A stretch of 64,000 bases of DNA. Origin: a virus. Its lineage: Duplodnaviria; Caudoviricetes. Both the position numbers and the translations under genes were made by a program. Below the pieces are notes generated by a model, which did not search any database, had not been told where the DNA came from, and saw nothing but the letters and a program-made list of their open reading frames with translations. The stretch lies in the IMG/VR virus record IMGVR_UViG_3300028048_000045, positions 160,001 to 224,000 of that record; one strand, written 5' to 3'. Positions 1 through 12,400 of the stretch are shown piece after piece; within the stretch, counting starts at the first letter, position 1; each line of letters opens with the position of its first letter.

Positions 1-423
1 AAGATCATTATAGATTTCAATGATTGACCACGGTTTAGAAATAATACGACATCTTTCCTGAAGCTGCCAATCATCCCAGCCAGTTACATCTTGAATACGT
101 TTAGTTGTAGTGTGACCTTCTACATTGTAGAAAATCATTTCCGATACTGGTCCATAAAGTTTACACCAGTTATCAATAGCTGCACCAACCAACTGCAACC
201 ACAATGTTGTCTTTCCTGATGCCGACAAACCTAATTCTGTATATGGGAAGTTAAATAACCCACCATTAAGAATAGTTTCATCATGTAGGAAAGAACGTTC
301 AAAGTTACATGACAGAATATCAATAGGTGTCATACCTGTCATCATACCAAATTCAGAATTGAAACTTCCTGCTTTTGCAAAAGTATCATTCACTTTGTTT
401 ACAGTATTTAGAAGAAAACTCAT
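1..423 (-). CDS. RecA/UvsX-like recombinase, N-terminal part (runs off window start)
   Basis: Manual translation from ATG at 423: MSFLLNT...TGMTPIDIL...ELGLSASGKTTLW...IFYNVEG. Shows Walker A and the RecA-type catalytic Glu; GGAGG RBS upstream. Not in the ORF track because it is truncated. Confidence 0.8.
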   Translation of the reverse strand, partial: MSFLLNTVNKVNDTFAKAGSFNSEFGMMTGMTPIDILSCNFERSFLHDETILNGGLFNFPYTELGLSASGKTTLWLQLVGAAIDNWCKLYGPVSEMIFYNVEGHTTTKRIQDVTGWDDWQLQERCRIISKPWSIIEIYNDL

Positions 424-436
424 TCTAAATTACCTC

Positions 437-1270
437 CTACTCTTTCTTTTCATTTAATTTTTCTGTAGTAGTCTTAAGACCGAAGTCGCTTATTGTTTTA
501 GGCACGACATTATTAATCCTTTCTAACTTAGTAGAAGGTTTATTTGTCGAAACTTCCACAATATCATTAGCATGATATATATTTAAAGTAAGTTTTCGAC
601 AACAGGCTTCATCATATCGTTTTAAAGCTTTTTCATATGTATCAGCTCCTAATGGATTCTGACCAGCTCTAATCGTTTCAAGAAGCTTTTGTTCAGCATC
701 TTCATTTTCCTCATATCTGCACCATAGATAATTACGCACATAGTTAATTATGAATGGTAAACATGATGGTTCCGGACGCTTTACTTTTTTATCTTCATTG
801 AAGTAATCTTCTTTAGTATAACCAGAATAATACTTAAATAATAAAGATTTAATATTTTTAGAAGTTTCTGCTACGTAATTTAGATAAATCTTATTAACAA
901 AAATACTAAAAAATGATCTATATTCTTTTCCAGTAGTTAATTCGATTTCAATAAATTGATTTGGACTTAATAAACAATTAATCAATGAACGATAATTGTT
1001 TTTGTAAAGTTCTTTTATAGACGAATCGTTACTAAAAGTAAAATCTTTTGTTGAAAAATTATGTAACTCTTTCAGAATAAAAATATCCAATGCTTCATAA
1101 ATTAAAGACATATCAGATTCTTTTTCTTCAGGAGTTACACTTATAACTGGAGAGCTGTCTTTCTTATGGAATAATTTAGTTTTTAATGAACTTATAATAT
1201 TTCCAAAAAAGAAATTGAATAAAATTGTGACACCGAACATTATTACAATATCGATTAAAGTTATAGTCAT
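437..1270 (-). CDS. hypothetical protein with N-terminal transmembrane helix
   Basis: 277-aa ORF, hydrophobic N-terminus, tight operon packing. Confidence 0.7.
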   Translation of the reverse strand: MTITLIDIVIMFGVTILFNFFFGNIISSLKTKLFHKKDSSPVISVTPEEKESDMSLIYEALDIFILKELHNFSTKDFTFSNDSSIKELYKNNYRSLINCLLSPNQFIEIELTTGKEYRSFFSIFVNKIYLNYVAETSKNIKSLLFKYYSGYTKEDYFNEDKKVKRPEPSCLPFIINYVRNYLWCRYEENEDAEQKLLETIRAGQNPLGADTYEKALKRYDEACCRKLTLNIYHANDIVEVSTNKPSTKLERINNVVPKTISDFGLKTTTEKLNEKKE

Positions 1271-1272
1271 GT

Positions 1273-1941
1273 TTATCTCCCTTTTTGTCCATATGGATCT
1301 TGAAAATTGATTATGTACTGCCCATCATGTATATAAATCGGTTTATCATCTACATCGACAATAATTAATTTATCTTTAATTTTATCATATGTAAAATCGT
1401 GCCACATTTCTACACTAGCTAATACAAAATAATCATTTCCATATGTAACATATTTAGCAAAAGCATACTGTTTTATTTTTTCTACATTATCATTTAAGAT
1501 ATATGAAATGAATTCATCGCTATCTTCAGTAAAATGATAACTTGCTAAATCACAATACAGATCTCCAAATGTATAACCAGCTTTAGCCATCTTATACATT
1601 TTTTCAGTTCTATGTTTTTTAAGAAATTTACAAAGATCATATTTTTGCTGAAGTGTTAATAAAAACCAGAAATGTCTATTAGCAGCACATTGAAAAGCGT
1701 TGTAACAGATCTCCTGCCAGTTTTCACCATCAGTTTCAGAATAACGTTTTTCATATTCCTTAGGAAAGATTATCTTTTTGATAATCTTTCCAGATTCATC
1801 TTTTTCATCAATGAAACCAAATGGTGAAAGTACATATTTGTTACCACAATTACCAGAATTTTTTAAATTCTGTAATGCTATTTCAGGATCTCTGTATCTA
1901 CCTTTACTAGGATTATTATATTGATCCCATTCTGTAATCAT
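1273..1941 (-). CDS. hypothetical protein
   Basis: 222-aa ORF with AAGGA RBS. Confidence 0.7.
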   Translation of the reverse strand: MITEWDQYNNPSKGRYRDPEIALQNLKNSGNCGNKYVLSPFGFIDEKDESGKIIKKIIFPKEYEKRYSETDGENWQEICYNAFQCAANRHFWFLLTLQQKYDLCKFLKKHRTEKMYKMAKAGYTFGDLYCDLASYHFTEDSDEFISYILNDNVEKIKQYAFAKYVTYGNDYFVLASVEMWHDFTYDKIKDKLIIVDVDDKPIYIHDGQYIINFQDPYGQKGR

Positions 1942-1954
1942 GATTAAAGTCCTT

Positions 1955-2395
1955 TTACAATTTCATATCGTCTTTGCGAGATTTTCTAACAACCCCACCT
2001 AATTTATCAGCCCAAGCTTCCCAAGGCTGTTTATAATAAAATTCAAGATCATAATATTTTTTAAAATATCTATATCTGATTCTATCCACAATATTTCCTA
2101 CAACCGATGGTAAACCGATAAATATTAAATACAGTGGTCCAAGCATTAAACTTTGTTTCTGATGACCATGTTCATGTCTAACTGTTATATATCCATAAAT
2201 AGCATCAATATCTAAGAAAATATAATTTCCTAAAGAAACTCCACAATCGAATAAATGGTCTACTAAATAATAAAGAATACCATCTTTACTAACCATTGGT
2301 TTAATCGATTTACGATTTACAATCATTATTACATATGCGATAATGTGCTGTGGAAGTTGCCAAATTTCTGTTAAAATTCTAAGAAATACTTTCAT
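1955..2395 (-). CDS. small zincin-like (HEXXH) membrane-associated protein
   Basis: HEHGH motif, hydrophobic helix, downstream PWEAWAD third-ligand-like motif. Confidence 0.6.
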   Translation of the reverse strand: MKVFLRILTEIWQLPQHIIAYVIMIVNRKSIKPMVSKDGILYYLVDHLFDCGVSLGNYIFLDIDAIYGYITVRHEHGHQKQSLMLGPLYLIFIGLPSVVGNIVDRIRYRYFKKYYDLEFYYKQPWEAWADKLGGVVRKSRKDDMKL

Positions 2396-2397
2396 AA

Positions 2398-3147
2398 TTA
2401 TTTATTCTCCTCTAAGTATTTAGTTATAAACTCATTGTTTATATTATTTAATCTATCACCAAGTAATAGTTGATCCAACTTTTCTTGTGTGATAAGATGT
2501 TTATTGTTTGCAATAATAGTAGTAGGTTTATATTTAAAATTCTCAGGATATTCGAGTTCGTGTCCTTTAGGATAATTCTCGAGATATTCTTTAAATTTAA
2601 TTTTCGTAGTTTCAGGAATAAATTTTTCATATTCTTTATAAAAACGATCATAATCTCCAATAATCAATTCTGGAGGTATATCTAAAACATGATCGTGAAC
2701 TTGAGCGTGAGCTGTTGGGTTTAGTGGTACTAATCCAACCATAAGTTTATAATGAATCAGTGTTGTTTCTTTTTCAACTTCATTTTCTAAAACCCAGTTA
2801 TCTTGATGTTTATCCATTTGCTTATTGATAACAGCTTCTGCATAATCATAAAGTGTAAATGGATGATGGTGAAACTCCAATTTCATTCCATTTTCAAGAC
2901 TATAACCTTTGAAAAATACACATGATTTGACATCAAGTACACGTTTAAACATATCTATAAGCCATTTGTATTCAAATGAATCTCGTATTTCTTTTTCAAA
3001 ATACTTAATCATATCAGACTTATTAGAATCTGTTATATAGAACTTAGGATCAAATGGATCTTTATTAATGACATCATCATCTACTTGAACTTGCAAATTA
3101 TTTGTAGTTTCAATAATTGTAGTTAATGACTTTTCTTCAGTTTTCAT
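2398..3147 (-). CDS. hypothetical protein with HNH-like His motifs
   Basis: LEFHHHP...VPLNPTAHAQVH pattern. Confidence 0.5.
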   Translation of the reverse strand: MKTEEKSLTTIIETTNNLQVQVDDDVINKDPFDPKFYITDSNKSDMIKYFEKEIRDSFEYKWLIDMFKRVLDVKSCVFFKGYSLENGMKLEFHHHPFTLYDYAEAVINKQMDKHQDNWVLENEVEKETTLIHYKLMVGLVPLNPTAHAQVHDHVLDIPPELIIGDYDRFYKEYEKFIPETTKIKFKEYLENYPKGHELEYPENFKYKPTTIIANNKHLITQEKLDQLLLGDRLNNINNEFITKYLEENK

Positions 3148-3207
3148 TTCTTAAACCTTAAATATTATACTGAGCCAATATAAATTAGCTCAGTACAAAT
3201 ATGAAAA

Positions 3208-4371
3208 TTATTTTATAGATGTGTTTTCGAAAATTGGTGTAAGATATACACTATTTTCAGTTTTAAATTTTGCAGTACAAACATCATCAGATTCTACAAT
3301 AATATTTGAAGGGTCGATAACAGAATCGTTAGCCAAAGCTTCAAAATTTTCAATTGTAAGATTGATGAATGCTTTATATAGAATTGTAGCAATATCTACG
3401 GCTTTTACATGATCAGGATTTGTTCCCTGGATTTCAATTTTTGCACTGTCGAATAAGAATGGAAGATAAACTGTTTTAGAAAGTTCTTCACCAGTTTTAG
3501 ACTGTTCATTGGTAAGCTTAATAAATTCAACAAATTTATCATATGCTTCCAGAGATCTTCCAATAAATTTACCATCAGGTGTTTTTGGAGAGAATTTAAG
3601 AGTTGCATAAATGCGGAATTCTTTGAAATTAGTAGGATCATTTCTGAGCAAACCAATATAATTAATAATCATTCCATTAGAATCGAGATCTATACTATCG
3701 TTACCAATTGGATTAAATACGATAGGACCAAGTGTAAATGGTGCAGGTTTAATAAAACCGGCATTAATTCCATTAGTTACACTTCCCGCAACTTTAAGAT
3801 CTTCAGATGTACTGAAACCAGTCATTTTTTCAAAATCGATAAATGGATATTTTTTACCTTCCAAAACCATTGTAAGATATCCATCACAATATCCAGATGT
3901 GTAAACATCGAAATAAATAATCTGAGCATCGTTAAGTTTTTCAGCATAATCAGATTTTACATGTTTGATTATAGAAATGACAGCAGTTGCAAGTTCGAAA
4001 TTTTTAGTAAGAATAGGTTCTTCTTCAATTGTATTCTTTGCTTCATTATATGCTATAACCACATCATTTGCAAAGTTTACATATTCATTAATATTTCGCA
4101 AATCGATCATAAACGATGTGATAGTTCTATCATCTACACTACCAATTTCCTGAGGAAGTCCATTACAGTATCCGTTTTTCAAAATGTTGATAAAGAAATT
4201 TTTAACTGTTTCTCTATCATTTAAAGCCACATGGGCTTCATTATTGAATACATAAAGTGAACCTTTATTATCTTTTGTAGGAATAATTCCAGTTACTTTA
4301 CAAACCGCAGCTTTTGAATTGTCATTTTTGTCATAAAAATGTTTAATTAAAAAAGAATTATAAGCGCTCAT
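3208..4371 (-). CDS. hypothetical protein
   Basis: 387-aa ORF, AGGAG RBS, hairpin downstream. Confidence 0.75.
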   Translation of the reverse strand: MSAYNSFLIKHFYDKNDNSKAAVCKVTGIIPTKDNKGSLYVFNNEAHVALNDRETVKNFFINILKNGYCNGLPQEIGSVDDRTITSFMIDLRNINEYVNFANDVVIAYNEAKNTIEEEPILTKNFELATAVISIIKHVKSDYAEKLNDAQIIYFDVYTSGYCDGYLTMVLEGKKYPFIDFEKMTGFSTSEDLKVAGSVTNGINAGFIKPAPFTLGPIVFNPIGNDSIDLDSNGMIINYIGLLRNDPTNFKEFRIYATLKFSPKTPDGKFIGRSLEAYDKFVEFIKLTNEQSKTGEELSKTVYLPFLFDSAKIEIQGTNPDHVKAVDIATILYKAFINLTIENFEALANDSVIDPSNIIVESDDVCTAKFKTENSVYLTPIFENTSIK

Positions 4372-4476
4372 AATTATCTTTTAACTCCTTATAAATGTAA
4401 GTATATTATAATATAAATTAATTTTTAATGATTTATATACTCTTTTAGGAGAATAAAGAGATTTAAAGGTAAAATT

Positions 4477-5253
4477 ATGGAATTAACTAGACTTATAAAT
4501 AACAACGTTTCCAATACGATTATAGGGAGTAACATAACAGAATATGATCTTAGAAAAGCGCATCCGACAGTTTTAGCATTATTATATCCAAATGATCCAG
4601 CTTTTACATCATTAAGTTCACTTCCAAAAAGTGAATATACTATAAGAATTGGTAATTTAATAAAAGCAAATCCTTTATTAAGAAAGCAAATAGATGCTAA
4701 AATTCTTGAGTTATTTAACAAATTCTTAAAAGTAAATAATATTTCACAAACAAATTTCTTAGGTAGTACACCAGATAGTTTATTAATTGCTAATCAAATA
4801 GCATCAACTACTGTTTTTGATAATATTGCTACATTCAGATGTAAAGAAGGAATTAGTTATACATCATTATTCTATATATCTAAAACTGAATATATTTTAT
4901 TCGATAGAGTAACAAAACGTTTACATATAAAAGGCGTAGGTCAAGAAGAGGAAACAAATAAATACGATTTTGTTAAAATTGTATTGAAAAAGATTTGTTG
5001 TATAATCGATGATTCCATAAATGTTGACAGAATTGAAACTTTACGAAGATTAAAGCAAATAAGATTACAATATCTTACAAATACAAATATCGATATATTT
5101 AGAGATATTAAAAACAAAAATATGCTAAAATATATCGTTGATGGTAGACCTGTTTTTAGTGATGTACCATTAACTGAATCGGAAAATTGTATTTTAGACA
5201 AAAGTAGCAATTATATAAATTTTATATTACCATTAATTCAGATATGTGTATAA
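4477..5253 (+). CDS. small family-B DNA polymerase palm-like protein
   Basis: EYDLRKAHPT resembles PolB motif A and TPDSLLI resembles motif C; only 258 aa. Confidence 0.5.
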   Translation: MELTRLINNNVSNTIIGSNITEYDLRKAHPTVLALLYPNDPAFTSLSSLPKSEYTIRIGNLIKANPLLRKQIDAKILELFNKFLKVNNISQTNFLGSTPDSLLIANQIASTTVFDNIATFRCKEGISYTSLFYISKTEYILFDRVTKRLHIKGVGQEEETNKYDFVKIVLKKICCIIDDSINVDRIETLRRLKQIRLQYLTNTNIDIFRDIKNKNMLKYIVDGRPVFSDVPLTESENCILDKSSNYINFILPLIQICV

Positions 5254-5260
5254 ATAAAAC

Positions 5261-5286
5261 TGTAGGTGGAGATATCTCCACCTACA
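5261..5286. terminator. bidirectional intrinsic terminator
   Basis: Perfect inverted repeat TGTAGGTGGAGATATCTCCACCTACA between convergent genes. Confidence 0.8.
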
Positions 5287-5291
5287 ATATT

Positions 5292-7427
5292 TTATTTTTT
5301 CAAAACATAAATATCTTGATCAAATTCTTTTCTGAAATATTGTACACTGTCATCAAACCCATTTAAACTACTAGGAGCTACTTTCTGATAAGTTGTTCCA
5401 ATTTTTATAAAATAAGTCATCTTCGGATCGAATGTTTCAGAAGATGTATCAATCTGAATATAATTAGCTTTAAAGTCTTTAACTGCAGAATTATAAGGTA
5501 CATATTCATCCTTTGCAGAATTATATGTGAAATACCTATAACCGTCAATCTGACCATTAATCAACATTTGATAATTAAGCTTCATATATTTACTTGATTT
5601 TTTATTAAGTCTGACAACCTGTAATTTGTATCCGTCAGCATTCTCAAATACACCATCGATATTGTTTAAATACCAACGACGTACTGGTTTGAATACATCA
5701 GCATATACATTTTCGAAAGTATGAATATTTCCATTAACTACCAAAATATCATCTGGAGTCCAATGTTTATTACGCATACAATCTTTAGCAGGTTTATCGA
5801 ATACTATATCATTTCTATTTTCAATAACTTCAACATCGTAACTTACTGGAGTAGCAGTATCGAATTGAATAATATTGTAAATACGATCTTTAAATTGAGC
5901 GTTTACAACATTTATAGCTGATGAAACGAAATGATAATTGAATTCTTCTGCACCATAATAATTCTTTATTGCTTCCTGATATTCTTCCATCAATTCAGCA
6001 AATTCTTCATCAGTATAAGTCTTATCAGGTTTAATAAACTCTGATACTGTAGGTAATGTTTCTACACGATGACCAATAATAATTTCCAAATATTTTTTCA
6101 GTTTAGCATATAATTCAGCATACAAAATATCAAATTCAATTGATACATTTTTCAAAATAATAGAATTAGATTTTGATGGGTCAACATCCCAATCTGTTTT
6201 AGAAACTATCTGATTATTACAAATCAAAACAGTTTTATTCTTATCTATGGCATTTGAAAAATTAAGTCTAGTTGTGAGCCAAACTGATTTTGATGGCTCT
6301 GCAGGTTCGCTCTTAAGGAGATTTCCCACAGATAGAGGAGCAATGTGATGAGAAATGATAACATTTTCCCATTTATAGATTTTAATATCGAAGAAATAAG
6401 AATATCCACGAGATTCATAAGGAATATTAAAATTCCAAATAGAGATACCAGCATCATTAATTGTCTTAGATAGGTAAGCATCGGGATTTTTTCCTTCTTT
6501 CATTGAAGTTTGTTGATATGTAGCGTATTTAATTACATTCGGAATGAATATTTGATTTTCAGAAAATTCAGAACGTTTGTAATCTACGATAAGTCCATTA
6601 CAAACAATAAACATATTGTCTAAGTCTGAACATGGAGTGTTATCACTATTAACAAATGTTAGAACAAGATCATCAAACATATGATGGTTGTTGTCACTAT
6701 AGTTTCCTGTAGCGAATACATTTGTTTCATAATTACCTAAACGATATGTGAATTTTCCAAAATTATCATGTACATTATTTTTTACACATCTGTTAGATTC
6801 TTCAAATATTTTACATGGAATAGATTCAAGATTGTATTGACCGTCGCCACGTTTAATATAATGTTCGATATTATCAGAATCGTAATAAACTGTTTCAGGA
6901 ATATCGTAAATATCTTGTACTTTAAACTTATTCCATACTGGATTATCCTGATTAAATAAAAGGCTATCACATACTTTTTCATATGTAGTATTGCCTAAAA
7001 CATAATCATCAGGATCAATATTTCCGACTAATGATGTAAAGATTCCGTGGTTAGTAACACCCATCTGAGGTCTTACCATTCCCATGTTAATCCAGATACC
7101 ATGCAAATTCTTATAATATTCATGTTTCAATCCGTATTTAAACGACAGATATTTTACCATATCTAAATATGTTTCCATTGAGCTGATTACTTCTTTATCA
7201 GCACCAATAAGAATCTGTGATTCTTTTTCAGCAGGATCTACAGAATATTCAAAATTAAAAATATCTACCGTTCTAGTACGTCTCTTTCTTGATAAAAGGG
7301 TATCGAGCGACATAGCTATCGGAGCGATACCCTTATCAAATACGAATACAACTGTTTGTGGATCGAAACAAGTTTTTTCAGAAGGTGCACGGTTGATTAT
7401 TGTTTCATTATAAACAAAATCAGCCAT
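5292..7427 (-). CDS. probable virion structural protein
   Basis: 711 aa, beta-rich composition, in an operon with large structural-like ORFs. Confidence 0.5.
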   Translation of the reverse strand: MADFVYNETIINRAPSEKTCFDPQTVVFVFDKGIAPIAMSLDTLLSRKRRTRTVDIFNFEYSVDPAEKESQILIGADKEVISSMETYLDMVKYLSFKYGLKHEYYKNLHGIWINMGMVRPQMGVTNHGIFTSLVGNIDPDDYVLGNTTYEKVCDSLLFNQDNPVWNKFKVQDIYDIPETVYYDSDNIEHYIKRGDGQYNLESIPCKIFEESNRCVKNNVHDNFGKFTYRLGNYETNVFATGNYSDNNHHMFDDLVLTFVNSDNTPCSDLDNMFIVCNGLIVDYKRSEFSENQIFIPNVIKYATYQQTSMKEGKNPDAYLSKTINDAGISIWNFNIPYESRGYSYFFDIKIYKWENVIISHHIAPLSVGNLLKSEPAEPSKSVWLTTRLNFSNAIDKNKTVLICNNQIVSKTDWDVDPSKSNSIILKNVSIEFDILYAELYAKLKKYLEIIIGHRVETLPTVSEFIKPDKTYTDEEFAELMEEYQEAIKNYYGAEEFNYHFVSSAINVVNAQFKDRIYNIIQFDTATPVSYDVEVIENRNDIVFDKPAKDCMRNKHWTPDDILVVNGNIHTFENVYADVFKPVRRWYLNNIDGVFENADGYKLQVVRLNKKSSKYMKLNYQMLINGQIDGYRYFTYNSAKDEYVPYNSAVKDFKANYIQIDTSSETFDPKMTYFIKIGTTYQKVAPSSLNGFDDSVQYFRKEFDQDIYVLKK

Positions 7428-7440
7428 TTAGTTTCCTCCA

Positions 7441-9393
7441 TTAAAGACTAGTCTGTTCATGATTAATTACATAAGCATCGATATCTGTTGTTGTTAAAAC
7501 ACCATTTGTATCGTTTACCCATTTTGTTAAAATGAAATCATAATCTTTAAGATCATTTACAAGGATAGAAACTGAACGTTCACCAATAGGTGCAATTCTT
7601 CCAGTATCAGTATCACCAGAATTAATTGGGAAATCTGAAATAAGTTTTGTATAAGTTGAATCTTTAACAGAATATACCTGAAGTCTATTAGGCTGCAAAT
7701 AAATTCCGTCTGCAGAAATCTTACGCTTATATCTGTCAACAAATTTAGTTTTTCCAATAAGTCCTCTAGGATTTGTAATCTGGATAGTAAGTGTATTATC
7801 CAGTCTATTAATTTTAGCAATATTACTTAAATCAACAGACGATCTATCATATGTTTCTCTAAGAGTTGTAAGTGCACCATTTTCTTCATATCCATATGAG
7901 CTATTAGATCCATAATTAGCAATAAGAGCACCATTGAATGAACTAGCATCTGCACCAAACTTAACAACAAAGCGGAATTCTTTAGAAGAACCATTTGTAT
8001 AAAGAGTAAATCCAAATGTAGTATCACTACCAACTGTGTAATCCGATTTACAAGTAAATACCATTGACTGGTCATATGTATCGAAAATATATGGACAATC
8101 TGTAAATTCAACAGATAAACCATCACTATCTACTTTCTTGAATGTATTGAAGAAAGCTCTAGTCTTATTTTCAATTTCACCATTTTTATTAAGAGTAAAT
8201 ACTTTAAGTCTGTAAATTCTGTTTTTAATAGCAGAATCTACACCAGTTCCTTGTTCCTGCCACATAACTGGAAGAATCCTATAAATAGTTTCTGTTGTAT
8301 TAGCAACAATCTGGAACTTAATTGTCTTTTCAACAAATGTTCCATAAGGTTTGTTAAATTCATCAACGTTAGCGTAATATCTAATTACAACGTCATGAGT
8401 TTCTCCCTGAGCTTTGTTCTCAGTGCTCCAGTTATCAAGACCTTCAATATCAAGATTAGGTGAATTAAGAGAAACGAGTTTATTAGTTCCATCATTAAAT
8501 ACAACTCTAACCACGAATGAAAGTGTATTCGAAACATCTTCTCCAGCCTGTACAGGATAAATACCATTAGCTGAAGATTGAGAAATATTGTTACGAAGAA
8601 CTGTAACATTGATATCTGAAATAGACTGTGAAGGAACTTCTGTATTAGTTACAGCAGAATCTACAGCCTGGAATAATCTTGTACTAAGTAAAGTTCCATT
8701 ACTATTGAAGAAATCTACCTGATAGAATTCATTATTTTTAATAACTTCAGTCTGTCTGATAGGATCAACTTCTTCTGTAGCAAAAATCTTAGCAGGAAGC
8801 ATACGAGTGTATACTGTTCCAACAGCATTATCGCGCTGTGTAACCATACCAATATTCTGACCAACAAGATTATTATCCTGAATCATACCTGCTACATAAA
8901 TAGGTTTATTGTCTTCATTAAGCTTTTGAGCTTTTACAGTATAGTAAGCATATTCTTTAGGCCAAGTCAATGATGTGTTAGGATACATCATAAGATTTGA
9001 TCTATCGATATACATTGTATAAATGCGTCCGTTATTATAAGCAGACATCAACTGATTCAATACACCCTGAGATTCGTAATAAGCTAAGCGCTCATTAACT
9101 TCTTTTTCTTTAGATGTATAAACATAACGTTCTTCACCAGTGATAGCATCTTTAACAAGTTTACAAAGATAAACATATCTGTCATCATCGTAAAACTGTT
9201 CACCATCATATGGTGTTAACAATGATTTATTCAATTCAATGCGATCAGCCTGTTCAAGATCTTTAATGTATGGATTATCTTTAAATAAACGAATATCAGC
9301 AATATTAGCTGCAAAACGTCCTTTATATCCTTCTTTAGCAAGCTGAGTATAAGCCTGTCTATTAGGACTTGTATCTGAAATTTCTTCAGCCAT
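7441..9393 (-). CDS. probable virion structural protein (Ig-like/beta-rich)
   Basis: 650 aa; VRVVFNDGT and VVIRYY segments resemble Ig-like strands. Confidence 0.5.
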   Translation of the reverse strand: MAEEISDTSPNRQAYTQLAKEGYKGRFAANIADIRLFKDNPYIKDLEQADRIELNKSLLTPYDGEQFYDDDRYVYLCKLVKDAITGEERYVYTSKEKEVNERLAYYESQGVLNQLMSAYNNGRIYTMYIDRSNLMMYPNTSLTWPKEYAYYTVKAQKLNEDNKPIYVAGMIQDNNLVGQNIGMVTQRDNAVGTVYTRMLPAKIFATEEVDPIRQTEVIKNNEFYQVDFFNSNGTLLSTRLFQAVDSAVTNTEVPSQSISDINVTVLRNNISQSSANGIYPVQAGEDVSNTLSFVVRVVFNDGTNKLVSLNSPNLDIEGLDNWSTENKAQGETHDVVIRYYANVDEFNKPYGTFVEKTIKFQIVANTTETIYRILPVMWQEQGTGVDSAIKNRIYRLKVFTLNKNGEIENKTRAFFNTFKKVDSDGLSVEFTDCPYIFDTYDQSMVFTCKSDYTVGSDTTFGFTLYTNGSSKEFRFVVKFGADASSFNGALIANYGSNSSYGYEENGALTTLRETYDRSSVDLSNIAKINRLDNTLTIQITNPRGLIGKTKFVDRYKRKISADGIYLQPNRLQVYSVKDSTYTKLISDFPINSGDTDTGRIAPIGERSVSILVNDLKDYDFILTKWVNDTNGVLTTTDIDAYVINHEQTSL

Positions 9394-9427
9394 TTTATTC
9401 TCCTTACGTTATATTTAATTTCATCAT

Positions 9428-12400
9428 TTAGAGTTTAAATGTATTAGGATAAATGATATTTATCAATTCCTTAGCTTTACGTTTAGCCAAAGCTTTATAA
9501 GTATCATATTGTTCACTATCCAAATTATCATCTAATCCGTCTTTTGATGAAAGGAATTTTATCAATGCATTTTCAATAGATGCATAGTATCCATCTTCAG
9601 CATCGAAATCCATATTGTATACATACTTCAATGGATATATTTTATTAAGTATATATCTAATTCCCAAATATTTGAGAATAGAACAATCTTCAACATATTC
9701 TCTAGCTTTTATCATAAGAGCTTTTTCACAAGCATCTTCTAATATTTCTGAATTCCATCCATAACCAAAATTGACGATATCTACATCTGTTCCAGTCCAT
9801 TTGATTCCTTTTTTATCAGGATCTAATGGGAAATCTATAGGATACAAGATATTAGATAACTTGTTTTGACACATGGCTTTAACTAATTTATCTTCTCCTG
9901 TTGCGAAATCGATAATTAGATCATCTTCAGAATTATCAAAAGTATCCAATAAGATCATATAGAAGAAACTTCTTCTAAGATCGATTGTTGAGCCAGGATA
10001 AATATGTTTTACAGTTCCATCAACTACATTTACTTCTCTAATAGGATTTATAACGTCAGGCATCATACCATCATAATAACGATTAGCATCTATAACGATA
10101 TCCAATCTATCATTAATAATTACATTTTCAAATACTGAGAAGTATTTAAGAACTATAGGATCTATGTCAAGATCTTTGAAACCTTGAGTTTTTGTTTTTC
10201 CAGAATTAGCTAACCAGTTGATATACATCAATTCCAAAGTATCTGAGAAAGCATTTTCAGATTCTGTAGATTCTTCAGGATTTTCAATCTGTTTAACACT
10301 ATCTACATCTGTAACAAATCCATGATTTCCTTTATAAACTTCAAAGAAAATTTTAGCTTTTTGCCAAGCTTCATATTTTTCTTCTTCAGATTTAGAAGGT
10401 CTCTGAATTACATCTTCAAAATTATCAGTTGGTAAAATATCATAACCATGAGCAATTATATAATCGGTATATTCTTTATAATACTGATTAGAATAATTTT
10501 CTTCTTCATCACCAACAAAATCAGAATAATACGGATTCATTTTATAAACAAAATCAACATTCGGTCTATTGGCTTCATTAGGTTTAGAAGGATCGCATTT
10601 CCAAAATATTTCTTCCAAAAGTTTTTCAAAAGCTGTAGGTTGATAAAGATCTATATAGTCTTGAATTTCCGATTCCTTATATTGTAAATTAGTAGTAATC
10701 AGAATAGTTCTTATAGGTCTTGTAATATTATGTACACGAATAAGTTTATCAGACAAAATATCAATATCATAAGCTGACATTTTTTTACCATTGATAAAAA
10801 TATTCATATATTCTGTAGAAACTGGATATTTTAATTCGGATAAATAAATTAAACCATATCTATTATTAATTACAAGATCATCATAACCAACAATAAGAAT
10901 GTTTGTCTTGGTTGAGTTAAACTGAACTGTGAAAATATCGTTTGTAGTAGGCTGAGCTTTCAAAACAATAAATGATGAAGCAATAGCCTTATTTTTTTCA
11001 GGATTAATAAATGTATAATCTTTTCCATAAATCAACTCAAGTCCATTTTTACTAATAATAGGCTCAGAGTTATTGATATAAGGAATAAAATCAATTACTT
11101 CATTAACACCTGTTAATTCATCATATGAATTACCATTACTATCAAGTTTTGTAGTATGATTATAAATAATGTATTTAGAATAAATAGGTATAATCAAATC
11201 ATTATCAGACATGTAAGACTGGTCGATATTTGAATAGATTAATTCTTCAATTACATTATATTGCTTAATAAGAATAAAGAAATATCCTTCAGTTTTTTCA
11301 GCTTCGTACAGTTGAACGTTAATTGTTAATCCGGTTTCATCTCTATCAGTTATATAGAATTTTTTAACCATTCTATAACCAATATTGTCTTTTGTAGGAT
11401 AAACTAAATAATATTCATCTTGTGTAGAATCATACCATTTTTTACAAACCTGTTCAATAGCACAAACATCGTCCGTCAAGAATTCTTCACCAAATGGAAG
11501 TTGATCATAAGTAAATCGTTTAGAATAAACTTTATTACCTTCATCATCATAACCAAGTTCACTAAATTCTGACAAATTAGCTCTGTAAATAGATTTTTCA
11601 CGATAAGTTAAATCAAACTGGAATATCTCTACTGTATTTACACCAGAAACATATTTACCAGTTTCATCTTGAACTAATGGTTTAAAACATGATTTATCAA
11701 TTATGATGTAATCTATATTTGCTTCACGGACTGTTGAATATTTTGTAAAATCAATTAATTGATGATTAACATAAATTTTATAATAAACGTTTTGATTTAC
11801 ATTTTCAATTTTACTTACTGATGTTACTTTTACATCTTCAGCATTTCCATAAACTAAGAAACGCTTGCTAGGATTTTTCCATTGTTCCATAAGACGTCTT
11901 AAAAGTGTAGGACGTTCAGTAATTAATTCCTTAGCTCTAGATGTAGCAGTATTTCTTTCCAGTTTAAGTTTATCATATTTATTAATAGCTTTTTGTACAT
12001 CAAATAAATCGCCATTTTTTGACAAAACTTCTTTGAAACTAGTCTGATATTTTAGATCATCGAAAATTGAATATGTATAATGACCACGCATTCTATCAAC
12101 GCATCGTCTTACACCAAGCATATTTAGAAGATAATAATCATCTCCATAAGAAGAATATGCAACATCATCAACTTTCTTATCAATATCTTCAATAAAGAAA
12201 TCTACTTTATTTTCATCGAAATCAGTTTCTGTTATCGAATATTCAAACGAAAATCTTGATGTTTGAATTATTTTCGAATCATCAATCCTTTTACCATCAT
12301 AGAAAAAAGAAAGGGCAGATTTTGTAATAGGACCGGAAATAATATCAACTTTATAATCATCATTGATGTAAAAGTGCAATTTATTTGTATCTTCGTCAAC